Positions 10,660 to 20,800 of a stretch of DNA of 39,568 nt are shown here, piece by piece (the first letter of the stretch is position 1; each line of letters begins with the position of its first letter). This DNA comes from an uncultured Clostridium sp. (GTDB taxonomy: Bacteria; Bacillota; Clostridia; TANB77; CAG-508). Below the pieces are notes generated by a model. It worked only from the letters and a program-made list of their open reading frames with translations, was not told the DNA's origin and did no database searches. The stretch covers positions 1 to 39,568 of the forward strand of contig CAMMFK010000003.1 of the NCBI GenBank assembly GCA_946496115.1, in the 5' to 3' direction. The position numbers were made by a program, and so were the translations under genes.

Positions 10660-10869
10660 GTTACAATTCACAGTTTCTTTTTTAGATAAGCTTCAATATA
10701 TGTTCTAGAGCATTTCAGCAAACGAGAGCAGTCACAGCAATTATGACCTGTAATACGGGTTATCTGCGAAGTGGAGCGGGCAAGCTGGAGCGAAGCGACC
10801 CGCGCAGTGAAATGCGGAAGAATGTATATTGAAGCTTAAGAAAAAAATGATTTAACAGTGAATTGTAAC
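10660..10869. repeat. Composite palindromic element B
   Basis: Outer IR GTTACAATTCACAGTT / AACAGTGAATTGTAAC (1 mismatch). Inner IR TAAGCTTCAATATA / TATATTGAAGCTTA spans 10687-10838. The GC-rich core lies in reverse orientation relative to copies A, C, D and E. Confidence 0.85.
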
Positions 10870-10902
10870 TCTCAATTATACAATCATAATGTACTAAAAA
10901 TT

Positions 10903-13332
10903 TTATTCTTCTGTAGTAGCACTTTCAACTTCAATCGTGTTGTTATCATTCGAAGTTTGAGAATCTGTAGGTGCCATTTTTAGTTCTTGCCATCTTTCTT
11001 TTGACATCAATACTTCTCTTGGTTTGCTTCCTTGGTAGCCTGAAATAATACCTCTTTGTTCCATTTGGTCTATTATTCTACCAGCTCTAGCATATCCAAC
11101 CTTAAATCTTCTTTGTATAAATGATGTTGAAGCTTGTCCAGTTTCTACAACTAAATCTATTGCCTCATCTAATAATGGATCTGTGTCATCTTCTTCATCA
11201 TCTTCTGATACTGCCTTTTCAGGTTCTCCACTCTTTTCAATTGACTCAATTATATCTTCATCATATTGAGTTTCGCCGTCTTTTTTCAAGAATTTCACTA
11301 TATTTTCAACTTCTTTGTCTGAGATGAAAGCTCCTTGAATTCTTACAGGTTTTGGTGCTCCTGATGGATAGAAAAGCATATCTCCTTTTCCTAAAAGTTT
11401 TTCAGCTCCTGCACTATCTAGTATAGTTCTTGAATCTACTTGTGATGATACTGAAAACGCAATTCTTGATGGTATATTTGCTTTTATTATACCAGTGATT
11501 ACATCAACTGATGGCCTTTGTGTTGCAATTACTAAGTGCATACCTGCAGCTCTTGCCATTTGGGCTAATCTACAAATGGCATCTTCAACGTCTTTTTGAG
11601 CAACCATCATTAAATCTGCAAGCTCATCTATAATTATAACTATTTGAGGTAATTTTGGATTTCCTTCTTTTTCTGCTAAAGAATTATATCCCTTCATATC
11701 TCTAACTTTTTTCTCTGCAAATAAGCTATACCTTTTAACCATTTCTTGAACAGCCCAAGCTAGTGCACCTGCCGCTTTTTTAGGGTCTGTTACAACTGGA
11801 ATTAATAAATGTGGAATTCCATTATATACTGAAAGTTCAACAACTTTTGGGTCAATCATAAGAAGTTTTACTTCACTAGGTTTAGCTTTATATATTATGC
11901 TTGTAATTAAAGTATTTATACATACTGATTTACCAGATCCTGTTTGACCTGCTATAAGAGTATGAGGCATTTTTGCTATATCTGTTACAACAATGCTACC
12001 AGCAACATCTTTGCCAAGTGCAAATGCAAGTTTTGACTTACTATTTATAAACTCATCAGATTCAATAATGTCTCTTAAAGGTACCATATTTTTTTCTTTA
12101 TTTGGTACTTCTATACCAACAGTATGTTTACCAGGAATAGGCGCTTCAATTCTTATAGTTTCAGCCTCTAAGGCTAGAGCAATATCATCTGAAAGGTTAG
12201 CTATTTTACTAACTCTTACACCTTCTGCTGGAGCTAATTCATATCTAGTAATGGCTGGACCTACTGATACATTTTCTACTTTTGCTGATACACCAAAGCT
12301 ATACAAAGTTCTTCTTAGCTTTTCAGCAGTAGCCAAAAGTCTCTTTTCACTGTTTTGATCAGTTCTATTTTTCCCTTCTTCTAATAATGTAATAGGTGGA
12401 AATTCATAATGTTCATCATGTACTGTTATTCCATGGTCAAGCTGTAAAACTTCTTTAGTTTTAGCTTCTTTTTCTTCCTCTTGACTAGTGAATAAATCAT
12501 CTCCAGATGTAGGCACAACTGCCTTTTTTGGACTAGTAGCGTTTTTCTTAGAAAAGATTGACGCATCTAAATTATCTTTTGAATGGTCATACTTTTTAGG
12601 TTCATTTAAATTTATAGTAATTTGTTCTTCTAAATTTTCTTTATTTCTAGCTTCTCTTTCTTGTTTTTCTCTTAGTCTTCTCTCTCTTCTAGTTTCATGT
12701 CTTTCAGGCTCTACATTAGCAATATTTTGTTTTTGCTGTTCTCTTACTTGTTCTCTTTCTTTACTCTTTTTAGCTTGTTTTTCTGCAAATTTATCAATCG
12801 AATTAGAAATTGCCTCTGCTGGATGAAGTCCAAATATAAATACTAATGCAATCAAAGAAACACCAATTGAAGCAATAACTGTTCCCAATATTCCTATTAA
12901 ATTTATTAGTGGTGCTGCTATTGCAGTTCCAAGCACACCTCCACCAATATCTTCTGAACCTTTTTGATATCCTTGAAAAAGTATAGAGTTCATAGATTGA
13001 GAAATGTCTATAGCTCCACTAGCTATTTGATAACAACTTAATATAACATCTATGAAAACGAAAATACAAATGAGCATAAATATTTTTGGTAAATAGTATT
13101 TTGTATCTTTATCGTATGCAATATATAAAGAAAGTGCAAAAATAGCAATAGGAACTAGATATTTAATATATCCTAGGACTCCTCCTAGAACATTACTTAA
13201 CCTTAATCCTAATTCTCCTGATTTTCCATAAATAAGCACAGCAAGTAAAATGCTAAGCACTATAAGTATCGCAACAGTTATATTTAGTTTTTTTTGTTCT
13301 TGCTTTTTCTTGCTTTTTCTTCCTCTTGGCAT
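10903..13332 (-). CDS. ftsK: DNA translocase FtsK/SpoIIIE
   Basis: N-terminal TM segments, IRIEAPIPGK, AGQTGSGKS, IDELADLM, ATQRPSVDV, gamma domain GYARAGRIID. Confidence 0.97.
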   Translation of the reverse strand: MPRGRKSKKKQEQKKLNITVAILIVLSILLAVLIYGKSGELGLRLSNVLGGVLGYIKYLVPIAIFALSLYIAYDKDTKYYLPKIFMLICIFVFIDVILSCYQIASGAIDISQSMNSILFQGYQKGSEDIGGGVLGTAIAAPLINLIGILGTVIASIGVSLIALVFIFGLHPAEAISNSIDKFAEKQAKKSKEREQVREQQKQNIANVEPERHETRRERRLREKQEREARNKENLEEQITINLNEPKKYDHSKDNLDASIFSKKNATSPKKAVVPTSGDDLFTSQEEEKEAKTKEVLQLDHGITVHDEHYEFPPITLLEEGKNRTDQNSEKRLLATAEKLRRTLYSFGVSAKVENVSVGPAITRYELAPAEGVRVSKIANLSDDIALALEAETIRIEAPIPGKHTVGIEVPNKEKNMVPLRDIIESDEFINSKSKLAFALGKDVAGSIVVTDIAKMPHTLIAGQTGSGKSVCINTLITSIIYKAKPSEVKLLMIDPKVVELSVYNGIPHLLIPVVTDPKKAAGALAWAVQEMVKRYSLFAEKKVRDMKGYNSLAEKEGNPKLPQIVIIIDELADLMMVAQKDVEDAICRLAQMARAAGMHLVIATQRPSVDVITGIIKANIPSRIAFSVSSQVDSRTILDSAGAEKLLGKGDMLFYPSGAPKPVRIQGAFISDKEVENIVKFLKKDGETQYDEDIIESIEKSGEPEKAVSEDDEEDDTDPLLDEAIDLVVETGQASTSFIQRRFKVGYARAGRIIDQMEQRGIISGYQGSKPREVLMSKERWQELKMAPTDSQTSNDNNTIEVESATTEE

Positions 13333-13414
13333 TAACTTCTCCTCCGTTTATTTCAATTATTCTATTTTATTGTATCATTATTGTTTTTAAATTTCTACTA
13401 TTTTTAAGAAATTT

Positions 13415-13446
13415 TTTTACTTTTGAGACGGTCCTTTTCGTAAAAT
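13415..13446 (+). repeat. 32-bp REP-like motif, solo copy
   Basis: TTTTACTTTTGAGACGGTCCTTTTCGTAAAAT in the divergent ftsK/ytxC gap. Confidence 0.7.
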
Positions 13447-13513
13447 GAATAGCAAAACAAAATTTTTGGAATAATATATGTTATATGGTAGATAATAATT
13501 CGGGGAGGATTAC

Positions 13514-14329
13514 ATGGTTTCATTATGTATTAAGGATAATAACGACAAAGTTCAAAATTTCTTAATGAAAAAAATTGGTGAATCGACCATTCCCGATATA
13601 TATTATTCTAAACATATTTTCAAAATTTATGAAAATGTTATTATTCACTACAAAGGTAAAGACTTGGATAAGTTTTACAATTTCTTATCTAGCCTTATTT
13701 CTGATGCTATTATAAATTATTATGAACCAACAATTGTAAAACGTTTAATTTTAAAAGATTATTTTTATTTTGATGCATTAGATAGGAATTCTATTTACAA
13801 TGAGTTTAGTATTCTTAATCATAATAGCAAAAAATATTTGAATAATGATATTTTAGAATATATAGAAAATCATAAAAGTATTATTTTAGATGGTTTTATT
13901 AATTTTAGATTAAATAATTATAAAAGTGCTCTTGAGCCTCTAGTTGAAAGTGCAGTTAGTAAATTTGTATTAGATAAAGAATATTTGGAATTTGTAAGTC
14001 TTCTTAAAGGTTATGTAGATTCTAAAATTCCTGAACCAATTAAAATTCATTTAATTTATGCTAATAAGGAATCAATTTTATTAGATGAAAATTACAATAT
14101 GCTTGAACTTGAAGACTTTGATTCTGAGTATTTATCTGATATATCTTTTTCTCAAAATGATTACGCTTTAAATACTTTGATTGGAAAATTACCAGAAAAC
14201 ATATATATTCATCTTATTTCTCCTAAGGATGAATATATAGAAACATTAGAACTTATCTTTGGAAAAAGAATTCATATATGCACTGGGTGTGCTATTTGCA
14301 GTGCGTATAAGCTTTTAAATTTAAAATAA
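13514..14329 (+). CDS. ytxC: Putative sporulation protein YtxC family
   Basis: ILDGFINFRL...EYLEFVSLLK.YV and LELIFGKRIHICTGCAIC patterns; GGGGAGG RBS. Confidence 0.82.
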   Translation: MVSLCIKDNNDKVQNFLMKKIGESTIPDIYYSKHIFKIYENVIIHYKGKDLDKFYNFLSSLISDAIINYYEPTIVKRLILKDYFYFDALDRNSIYNEFSILNHNSKKYLNNDILEYIENHKSIILDGFINFRLNNYKSALEPLVESAVSKFVLDKEYLEFVSLLKGYVDSKIPEPIKIHLIYANKESILLDENYNMLELEDFDSEYLSDISFSQNDYALNTLIGKLPENIYIHLISPKDEYIETLELIFGKRIHICTGCAICSAYKLLNLK

Positions 14330-14359
14330 GTATCATTATAGTTAAGTATTAAAATTTTT

Positions 14360-14400
14360 AACAATACCAATATAGCTATAGAACATATATTGGTATTGTT
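14360..14400. repeat. Collapsed copy G of the CAATATA...TATATTG family; probable bidirectional terminator
   Basis: Perfect 15-bp IR AACAATACCAATATA / TATATTGGTATTGTT between convergent genes; GCTATAGAACATATATTG matches the family's right end. Confidence 0.7.
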
Positions 14401-14441
14401 CTAATATTCACTTTTTTATATCTAAGGATAATTTTTACAGT

Positions 14442-17400
14442 TTACTCCACACTCTTAAGTGACTCTATCATATCAATTTTCTTTAATGAGAAATACGTAA
14501 TAATATTTACAATAATAGCAAATACAGTAGTTATAATGACTCCAAACAAGTAGCTCCAAACTGTTATTTGAGGATTAAACATAAGCATATCTATCTCACA
14601 AGTTTTTATAATATACAATGTTAAGAAATATCCTCCGCCTATGCCAAATAACATGCCAATTGCTGTAAGTATTAATGTTTCCCTTGAAATATAATCATAT
14701 ACTTCTTTATCATAAAAGCCTAATACTTTTATTGTTGCAAGTTCTCTTATCCTTTCTGTAATATTAGCATTTAATAAATTATACAATACTACAAATGCCA
14801 GTAACCCCGCAGATATTATTAGAATCCATACTACCAAATCCATATTGTTCATAACTTCTGCAAATATGTTTTCAGTATTTGACATAAATGTTACACCTGA
14901 AATGTAGTCACCATTAGACAATATTTGTTCTCCAAATCCATCTTCTTCTGACTCTTCCATGTCAGTTGTATTTACATATACTACATTATAGCCAATTCTC
15001 GTATCATATAATTGATTATATAAGTTTGGCGTCATATAAATGTAATGATAAATATAATTTTCAGTAATTGCATTTACTTTTACATTACATTCTTTATCAT
15101 CGCTATTTAAGATTTTTATTTCATCCCCAACTTTTATATCCAATAATTTTGATAGTTTTTCTGTTATAATTACTCCAGTATCATCTAAAACATATTTTTC
15201 ATCATTATCGGTTCTTGATTCTAACACAATAAAATTGCTTAAATTTTCAGGAGTTTGTGGTATTATTAACTGTATTGATTGAGTATTGTCATTTTTTTCT
15301 ATTGTAACAGATTGAACATTTGCATTTAACACATCTTCTGTATATTCATAATTTTTCAAAATATTATCTATATTTTCTAGTTCTTCATTTTTGTACTCAT
15401 CTTTTAATGTTACACTTATATTATATAAATCTATTTTTCCGTACTGTGAAGGGATCATGCTACTTATTGCATCTCTGAGTCCAAATCCCGCTATAATAAG
15501 TGCTGTACATCCACCCACGCCTATTATTGTCATCATAAATCTTTTTTTGTATCTAAATATATTTCTCGCTGTGACTTTTTTAGTGAAGTTTAATCTTTTC
15601 CATATAAATGTTATACGTTCTAATAAAACACGTTTTCCTGGTTTTGGAGCTTTTGGTCTCATTAATGTTGCTGGTTTTTGTTTTAATGTTTTATAGCATG
15701 AAATTACTGTAGCTCCTATTGTGCAAAGCATTGCTGCAAGCATACCTGCTGTTGCATAAGTCATATTAAATTCAAGTATTACATCTGGTACATCATAAAC
15801 CATTGCATAAATATCTGCTATTACTTTGGGAAGTATACTAAATCCAATTACTAATCCAATTAACCCGCCTATAACAGTTGCAAGTGTTGCATAAATAATA
15901 TATTTGCTAGCTATTTGCAACTTGTTATATCCAAGTGCTTTTAGTGTACCAATTTGCACTCTTTGTTCTTCAACCATTCTTGTCATTGATGTTAAGCTAA
16001 TTAATGCTGCAACAATGAAGAATACTATTGGAAAAACTTGTGCCAAATTTGCGACTCTATCAGTATCTTGCATATAGCTTACATAGCCTGCATTTTGCTG
16101 TCTATCTAATATGTACCAAGTTGGTCTTTCTATTGAATTAACCTCTTCTTCTGCATCGTCCAATTCTTTTTCCGCATCTGATATTTTTGAGTTAAATTCT
16201 TCTCTTGATTTAGCAAGTTCTGCTTCCGCTTCTTCTATTTGCTTTACACTTTCATCTAATTTTTTCTCAGCTGAATCAAGCTCTGCATAAGTACCGTTTT
16301 TTGTTTTATTTAATTGTTCTTCCCTGTTTTGTATTTCTGCTTTTGCAGAATCAATTTTCTTTTGTCCATTTGATAATTCTTCTTTTGCTGTTTGTATAGC
16401 ATTTTCTGTATATGTTACTGTTTGATTTATATCTGTTATTCCTTGTGCCTCTAGCTGTTTATCTATTACTATAATTCCAGCTTCTATTTTTGAAATAGAT
16501 ACATTTAATTCATTTATTTGCTTTTTTAATTCTTCTATTTTTTCTTTTTCATCATCTGTTGTATTAGCTATTCCATTGCTTTGACTTTGCACATTATTGT
16601 TTATATTTTGTGGTTTAGTACTTGCACTTCCGTGATTCGCTTGATTTTCCAATTCTTCTAATTGTTTTTTTAAATCTTCTAATTGTACCTTACTTGTAGA
16701 TAGCATGGTTTGGAGATTATTGTATTGTGTTTGAATCTGTTTAAGTTCATTTAGGCTTGTTTCATAATCACTTATTTGCTTTTCTGCCTCTTGTTTTTTT
16801 GCATTAAAATCATTTTCATTTTGTTCTAATGTATTTTTAGCATCAAGCAATTGTTTTCCGGCTTCATTAAACTCATTATTTGCCTTTGCTCTGTTTGCAG
16901 CTATTTCATTTCTTCCATTTTCTAATTCTTGTTTTGCTGAATTTATTTCATTTTCAGCATCTTGAAGTTGTTTTTCTCCATCTGCTTTTTGTGTTTCAAA
17001 TTCATTTTTTGCATCTTGAAGTTTTTGATTTGCCTTGTCAAATAAAGCATTGTATCTTGCTTCTTTTCTGGCATCTGCAATTTTTTCAATCTCATCCTCT
17101 GCTTGCTCTATTAAATCTTCATATTTATCATCATAACATTTTAAATCTTTTGCACCATTTACTGTTATATAAATATTGGTATAAATATTGGTATTTATAT
17201 TATCTGGACTAACATATAAATAATAGTTAATCACTCCAGAACCAAGCTTTGTACTTCCTCTATCTGTAGAAATATACATTGGAGACCTTACAGTTCCTAC
17301 TATTTGCAAATCATTTGTTTTCAGTACTGAAATATCATTTCCATCATCATCTGTAATATTGTCTACTTGAACTTTTATGGTATCTCCTATATTGTATTCT

Positions 17401-17819
17401 GTACCTTGCAAAAAAGCCTCTTCAACTACACATTCATTTTGATTTTCTGGTAACCTACCACTTGTAACTTGTAAGTCATTGATTGAACTTGCAAGACTTT
17501 CCAACTTTACTACAAATTGCTTATCTCCTGCTGTAACCATTGCATCTGTTTGATATGTACCTTGTGCATCATCTATTAGGTCCAGTTTTTCTAGTTCTGT
17601 TATGTCTTCATCAGTAAGTCCAAGTGTAGATATTACCTGAATATCCATAACATTTTTATCATCAAAATATGTATCCAAAGTCAATTTCATATCAGGGCTA
17701 GTAGCTTTTATTCCAGCAAAAAATCCTACTCCTAAAAGTACAATTAGAAGTATTGATATAAATCTTTTAAATCCCTTTATTATTTCTTTAAAACAATCTT
17801 TTAATAAGGCTTTTTTCAT
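14442..17819 (-). CDS. FtsX-like ABC transporter permease with long coiled-coil extracellular region
   Basis: RFISILLIVLLGVGFFAG, TSMTRMVEEQRVQIGTLKALGY, NITERIRELATIKVLGF, IDMIESLKSVE. Start placed at ATG 17819 by RBS. Confidence 0.92.
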   Translation of the reverse strand: MKKALLKDCFKEIIKGFKRFISILLIVLLGVGFFAGIKATSPDMKLTLDTYFDDKNVMDIQVISTLGLTDEDITELEKLDLIDDAQGTYQTDAMVTAGDKQFVVKLESLASSINDLQVTSGRLPENQNECVVEEAFLQGTEYNIGDTIKVQVDNITDDDGNDISVLKTNDLQIVGTVRSPMYISTDRGSTKLGSGVINYYLYVSPDNINTNIYTNIYITVNGAKDLKCYDDKYEDLIEQAEDEIEKIADARKEARYNALFDKANQKLQDAKNEFETQKADGEKQLQDAENEINSAKQELENGRNEIAANRAKANNEFNEAGKQLLDAKNTLEQNENDFNAKKQEAEKQISDYETSLNELKQIQTQYNNLQTMLSTSKVQLEDLKKQLEELENQANHGSASTKPQNINNNVQSQSNGIANTTDDEKEKIEELKKQINELNVSISKIEAGIIVIDKQLEAQGITDINQTVTYTENAIQTAKEELSNGQKKIDSAKAEIQNREEQLNKTKNGTYAELDSAEKKLDESVKQIEEAEAELAKSREEFNSKISDAEKELDDAEEEVNSIERPTWYILDRQQNAGYVSYMQDTDRVANLAQVFPIVFFIVAALISLTSMTRMVEEQRVQIGTLKALGYNKLQIASKYIIYATLATVIGGLIGLVIGFSILPKVIADIYAMVYDVPDVILEFNMTYATAGMLAAMLCTIGATVISCYKTLKQKPATLMRPKAPKPGKRVLLERITFIWKRLNFTKKVTARNIFRYKKRFMMTIIGVGGCTALIIAGFGLRDAISSMIPSQYGKIDLYNISVTLKDEYKNEELENIDNILKNYEYTEDVLNANVQSVTIEKNDNTQSIQLIIPQTPENLSNFIVLESRTDNDEKYVLDDTGVIITEKLSKLLDIKVGDEIKILNSDDKECNVKVNAITENYIYHYIYMTPNLYNQLYDTRIGYNVVYVNTTDMEESEEDGFGEQILSNGDYISGVTFMSNTENIFAEVMNNMDLVVWILIISAGLLAFVVLYNLLNANITERIRELATIKVLGFYDKEVYDYISRETLILTAIGMLFGIGGGYFLTLYIIKTCEIDMLMFNPQITVWSYLFGVIITTVFAIIVNIITYFSLKKIDMIESLKSVE

Positions 17820-17913
17820 GGAACTCACCCCTTTACTACTTGCTTTCTTGTTTTGAAAATTTTTTTATTATATTTTTACGTAACTATTTCTAATATTATA
17901 ATTTAAATTCCAT

Positions 17914-18616
17914 CTACCACTCAATTTTTTCAATTGGAACTGGATTTTCATTTAATTCTATGCTTGATGCTGTACCATTTTTGAAATGTATTACTCTATC
18001 TGCCATAGGTGTTAAAGCTCCATTATGAGTAATAATTATTACAGTCATATTTTCTTTTCTGCAAGTATCTTGCAATAACTTAAGTATTTGCTTACCTGTT
18101 TTATAATCTAATGCACCGGGTAGGCTCATCACATAAAAGTAATTTAGGATTTTTAGCAATTGCCCTAGCAATAGCAACTCTTTGCTGTTCTCCTCCTGAT
18201 AATTGTGAAGGAAAATTCTTTATTCTATCGCCTAAACCAACTTTGATTAATATTTCTTTTGGATCTAGTGGCTTTTTACAAATTTGAGTTGCAAGTTCAA
18301 CATTTTCTATTGCTGTTAAATTTTGAACCAAATTATAAAACTGAAATACAAATCCTATATCTTCTCTTCTGTATTTTGTTAGTTGCTTATTCTTAAATTT
18401 AGAAATATTTTTTCCATCAATAATTACTTCTCCTGATGTTGCAGTATCCATACCTCCTAAAATATTTAAAGCTGTTGTTTTTCCTGCACCACTAGGTCCA
18501 ACTATAACCACAAGCTCTCCTTTTTCTATTTGAAAGTTTGTATTATCTAAGGCTTTTATGCTTACTTCTCCCATTTTGTATTCTTTTATTACATTTTTAA
18601 ACTCAATATATGACAT
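17914..18616 (-). CDS. ABC transporter ATP-binding protein (LolD/MacB-like) split by a +1 frameshift at about 18118
   Basis: The upstream frame has [16 protein letters not shown] and LLCDEPT; the downstream frame continues GALDYKTG...ITHN...IEW. Removing one C gives a 233-aa protein. Could be a pseudogene, an assembly error or recoding. Confidence 0.88.
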
Positions 18617-18695
18617 AATGTGTGACCCTTTCTTTTTTATTTGTATTTATTCTTAAATTATTGTATTTGTCCAGGCAAATTTTCATATAAAGGAA

Positions 18696-19820
18696 TTATA
18701 AAGTTATATTTTCTTCAGTTAATATATTTCTTGGGTTCATTTGGTGTGCAATTGCAATATTTGATGCACATAGCCAATGACCATTGTCAAAAGTTTTATC
18801 CTTATCTATTTCACATACCCAGTTTTCTAGATACTCCATATAGTCTGGAATGAGGTTTAAAGGATTTGTTCTCATATCTGAATGACCTTCATTTGTAATT
18901 ACTTCATTCCAATCTAGTTTTGTATAGAAAAGAATAAAATTCCAATTAGGATGTTTACTCTTTAGTTCATCTATTAAAGCTTTGTATCCAGAGTATTTTT
19001 CTTCAGCTAAGTTTTCTCCGTTATAGGCTACATATTTTTGCCTTTTCATATCATTAATAATGGCAATAGTAAGTGCCAAGGTTAAAATAATAACTGCTAT
19101 AGTTGATATTGCAATTATTATTTTTATTTTTGGGCTTAATCTTTTTAAGTTTGCAACCTTTTTTACCTTCTCTTTTATTGTTTCTAGGTCAGGAAATGCA
19201 TCAAGCAATCTCTTACCTTTCCAGTTAGTTTTTAGTAATTCTCTTGCCTTTCTAGTTATTTCATATGTATTATCCTTTTTATTTTGTGCAGCTACATTTT
19301 TTACTGTAGAAGTAACTTTTGAAATTACATTACATGATATAATCATATCTGCTATTAATATAATAAACAATAATAAGCTTATTATATTTGATACATTTGA
19401 TGGTATATAGCTTAATAAATTATAAAATAATGGATTTAGCACATATATAATAACTAAACCTAATATACCAAATGGAATCATTGTTTCTAAACAAACTCTA
19501 CCATTTATATTAAATTTGTTATGGCTATAATCCCACCATCTTGCATGAAATAGTTTTTCCATTATCCAACTTGTAAAGTACTCTAGTAAGCCACATAATA
19601 TAACTGCCATACAAAATACTACAAACCAATCATCTTTATAGTTTGATAATACTAGAGTTATAAGAATAGCTCCACACCCATATATAGGACAAATTGGACT
19701 AATTAAAAATCCTCTATTTACTACTTTTTTTTCTACTATTGAACAATTTATAACTTCTACAACCCATCCTAAAAATGAGTAGATTATAAACAAAATAAAA
19801 TATGTTGATAAGTTTTCCAT
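18696..19820 (-). CDS. CmpB/TMEM229-family membrane protein fused to a truncated cell-wall-hydrolase-like segment
   Basis: N-half has YSFLGWVVE, NRGFL..P.CPIYG and RWWDYS...NINGRVCL. C-part has a TM segment, then LKSKHPNWNF...LDWNEVI...MNPRNILTEENI. Confidence 0.8.
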   Translation of the reverse strand: MENLSTYFILFIIYSFLGWVVEVINCSIVEKKVVNRGFLISPICPIYGCGAILITLVLSNYKDDWFVVFCMAVILCGLLEYFTSWIMEKLFHARWWDYSHNKFNINGRVCLETMIPFGILGLVIIYVLNPLFYNLLSYIPSNVSNIISLLLFIILIADMIISCNVISKVTSTVKNVAAQNKKDNTYEITRKARELLKTNWKGKRLLDAFPDLETIKEKVKKVANLKRLSPKIKIIIAISTIAVIILTLALTIAIINDMKRQKYVAYNGENLAEEKYSGYKALIDELKSKHPNWNFILFYTKLDWNEVITNEGHSDMRTNPLNLIPDYMEYLENWVCEIDKDKTFDNGHWLCASNIAIAHQMNPRNILTEENITL

Positions 19821-19920
19821 AATATTTTCCTCTTTTAGTTTTATGATATATATATTAGCATAATATGCAAAAAATGTAAACTCCTTTTAAGTTTACATTC
19901 TTTGTGTCAATCGACAAATC

Positions 19921-20619
19921 TTATTCCTTTATTTCCCTTGCAAGTTTTCCAATTGCTTTTGTTTCAATTCTTGATACATATGAACGGGATATTCCCATAT
20001 CCTTTGCAATCTCTTTTTGTGTTTTCGGTTCTTTTCCATTTAAACCAAATCTTAATTCTATTATTGTTCTTTCTCTATTTTTTAAAACTTTTTTTATTTT
20101 CTCATAAAGCTTATTTATTTTCATTTTCAAGTCAACTTCTTCTTCTATTGGCTTATCATTATTTTCTAAGACCTCTCCCAGTCTTACAGTATTATCATCT
20201 TTATCTTTTCCTATTGGATCTTCTAAGTAAACTTCTGAATTTGTTTTCTTATTAGACCTTAAATACATCAAAATTTCATTATCTATACATTTTGATATAT
20301 ATGTCGAAAGTTTTATTGATTTTTCTGGATTATAACTGTTTATTCCTTTTATTAGTCCAATTGAGCCTATTGATATTAAATCATCTTGGTCAATATTGGT
20401 ATTATTGTACTTTTTGCATACATGTGCTACAAGTCTTAAATTATGTTCTATTAAAATATTCTTGGCGTCTTGGTCTCCTTCTCTCATTTTTTCTACATAC
20501 ATTTTTTCTTCTTCTGCAGACAAGCTTTCAGGAAAAAGATTATTATTTGATATGTATCCCAAAACAAAAAGGCCACTGCCTAAAAAAGCTAAGAATCCAG
20601 AGATTGTAAGTTCTAACAT
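19921..20619 (-). CDS. sigK: Sporulation sigma factor SigK (pro-sigma K), uninterrupted
   Basis: Hydrophobic pro-sequence ending LGYISNNN, then LIEHNLRLVAHV, DDLISIGSIGLIK, TQKEIAKDMGISRSYVSRIE; GGAGG RBS before ATG 20619. Confidence 0.92.
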   Translation of the reverse strand: MLELTISGFLAFLGSGLFVLGYISNNNLFPESLSAEEEKMYVEKMREGDQDAKNILIEHNLRLVAHVCKKYNNTNIDQDDLISIGSIGLIKGINSYNPEKSIKLSTYISKCIDNEILMYLRSNKKTNSEVYLEDPIGKDKDDNTVRLGEVLENNDKPIEEEVDLKMKINKLYEKIKKVLKNRERTIIELRFGLNGKEPKTQKEIAKDMGISRSYVSRIETKAIGKLAREIKE

Positions 20620-20800
20620 TTTGCACCTCCATATGAGTAATGTGTCCATTTTTTAGCTTTTTAAATAATTTATAAACACATTTTTCTTTCTCATACTTTA
20701 ATTATATTCTTTAGCTTTTTTATTGTGCCTGACCTCTTGAAATTATTTGTATTTTGCTTGTTATTTATAATTTTGCTTTTTATGAAATGGAATAAAAAAT

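Noticed and set aside
16100-17100. Repetitive look of the large permease's middle region
   Set aside because: This is ordinary coiled-coil composition for the family; no exact DNA tandem repeat.
19921-20619. skin-like element interrupting sigK
   Set aside because: The ORF is continuous and full length, with no recombinase nearby.
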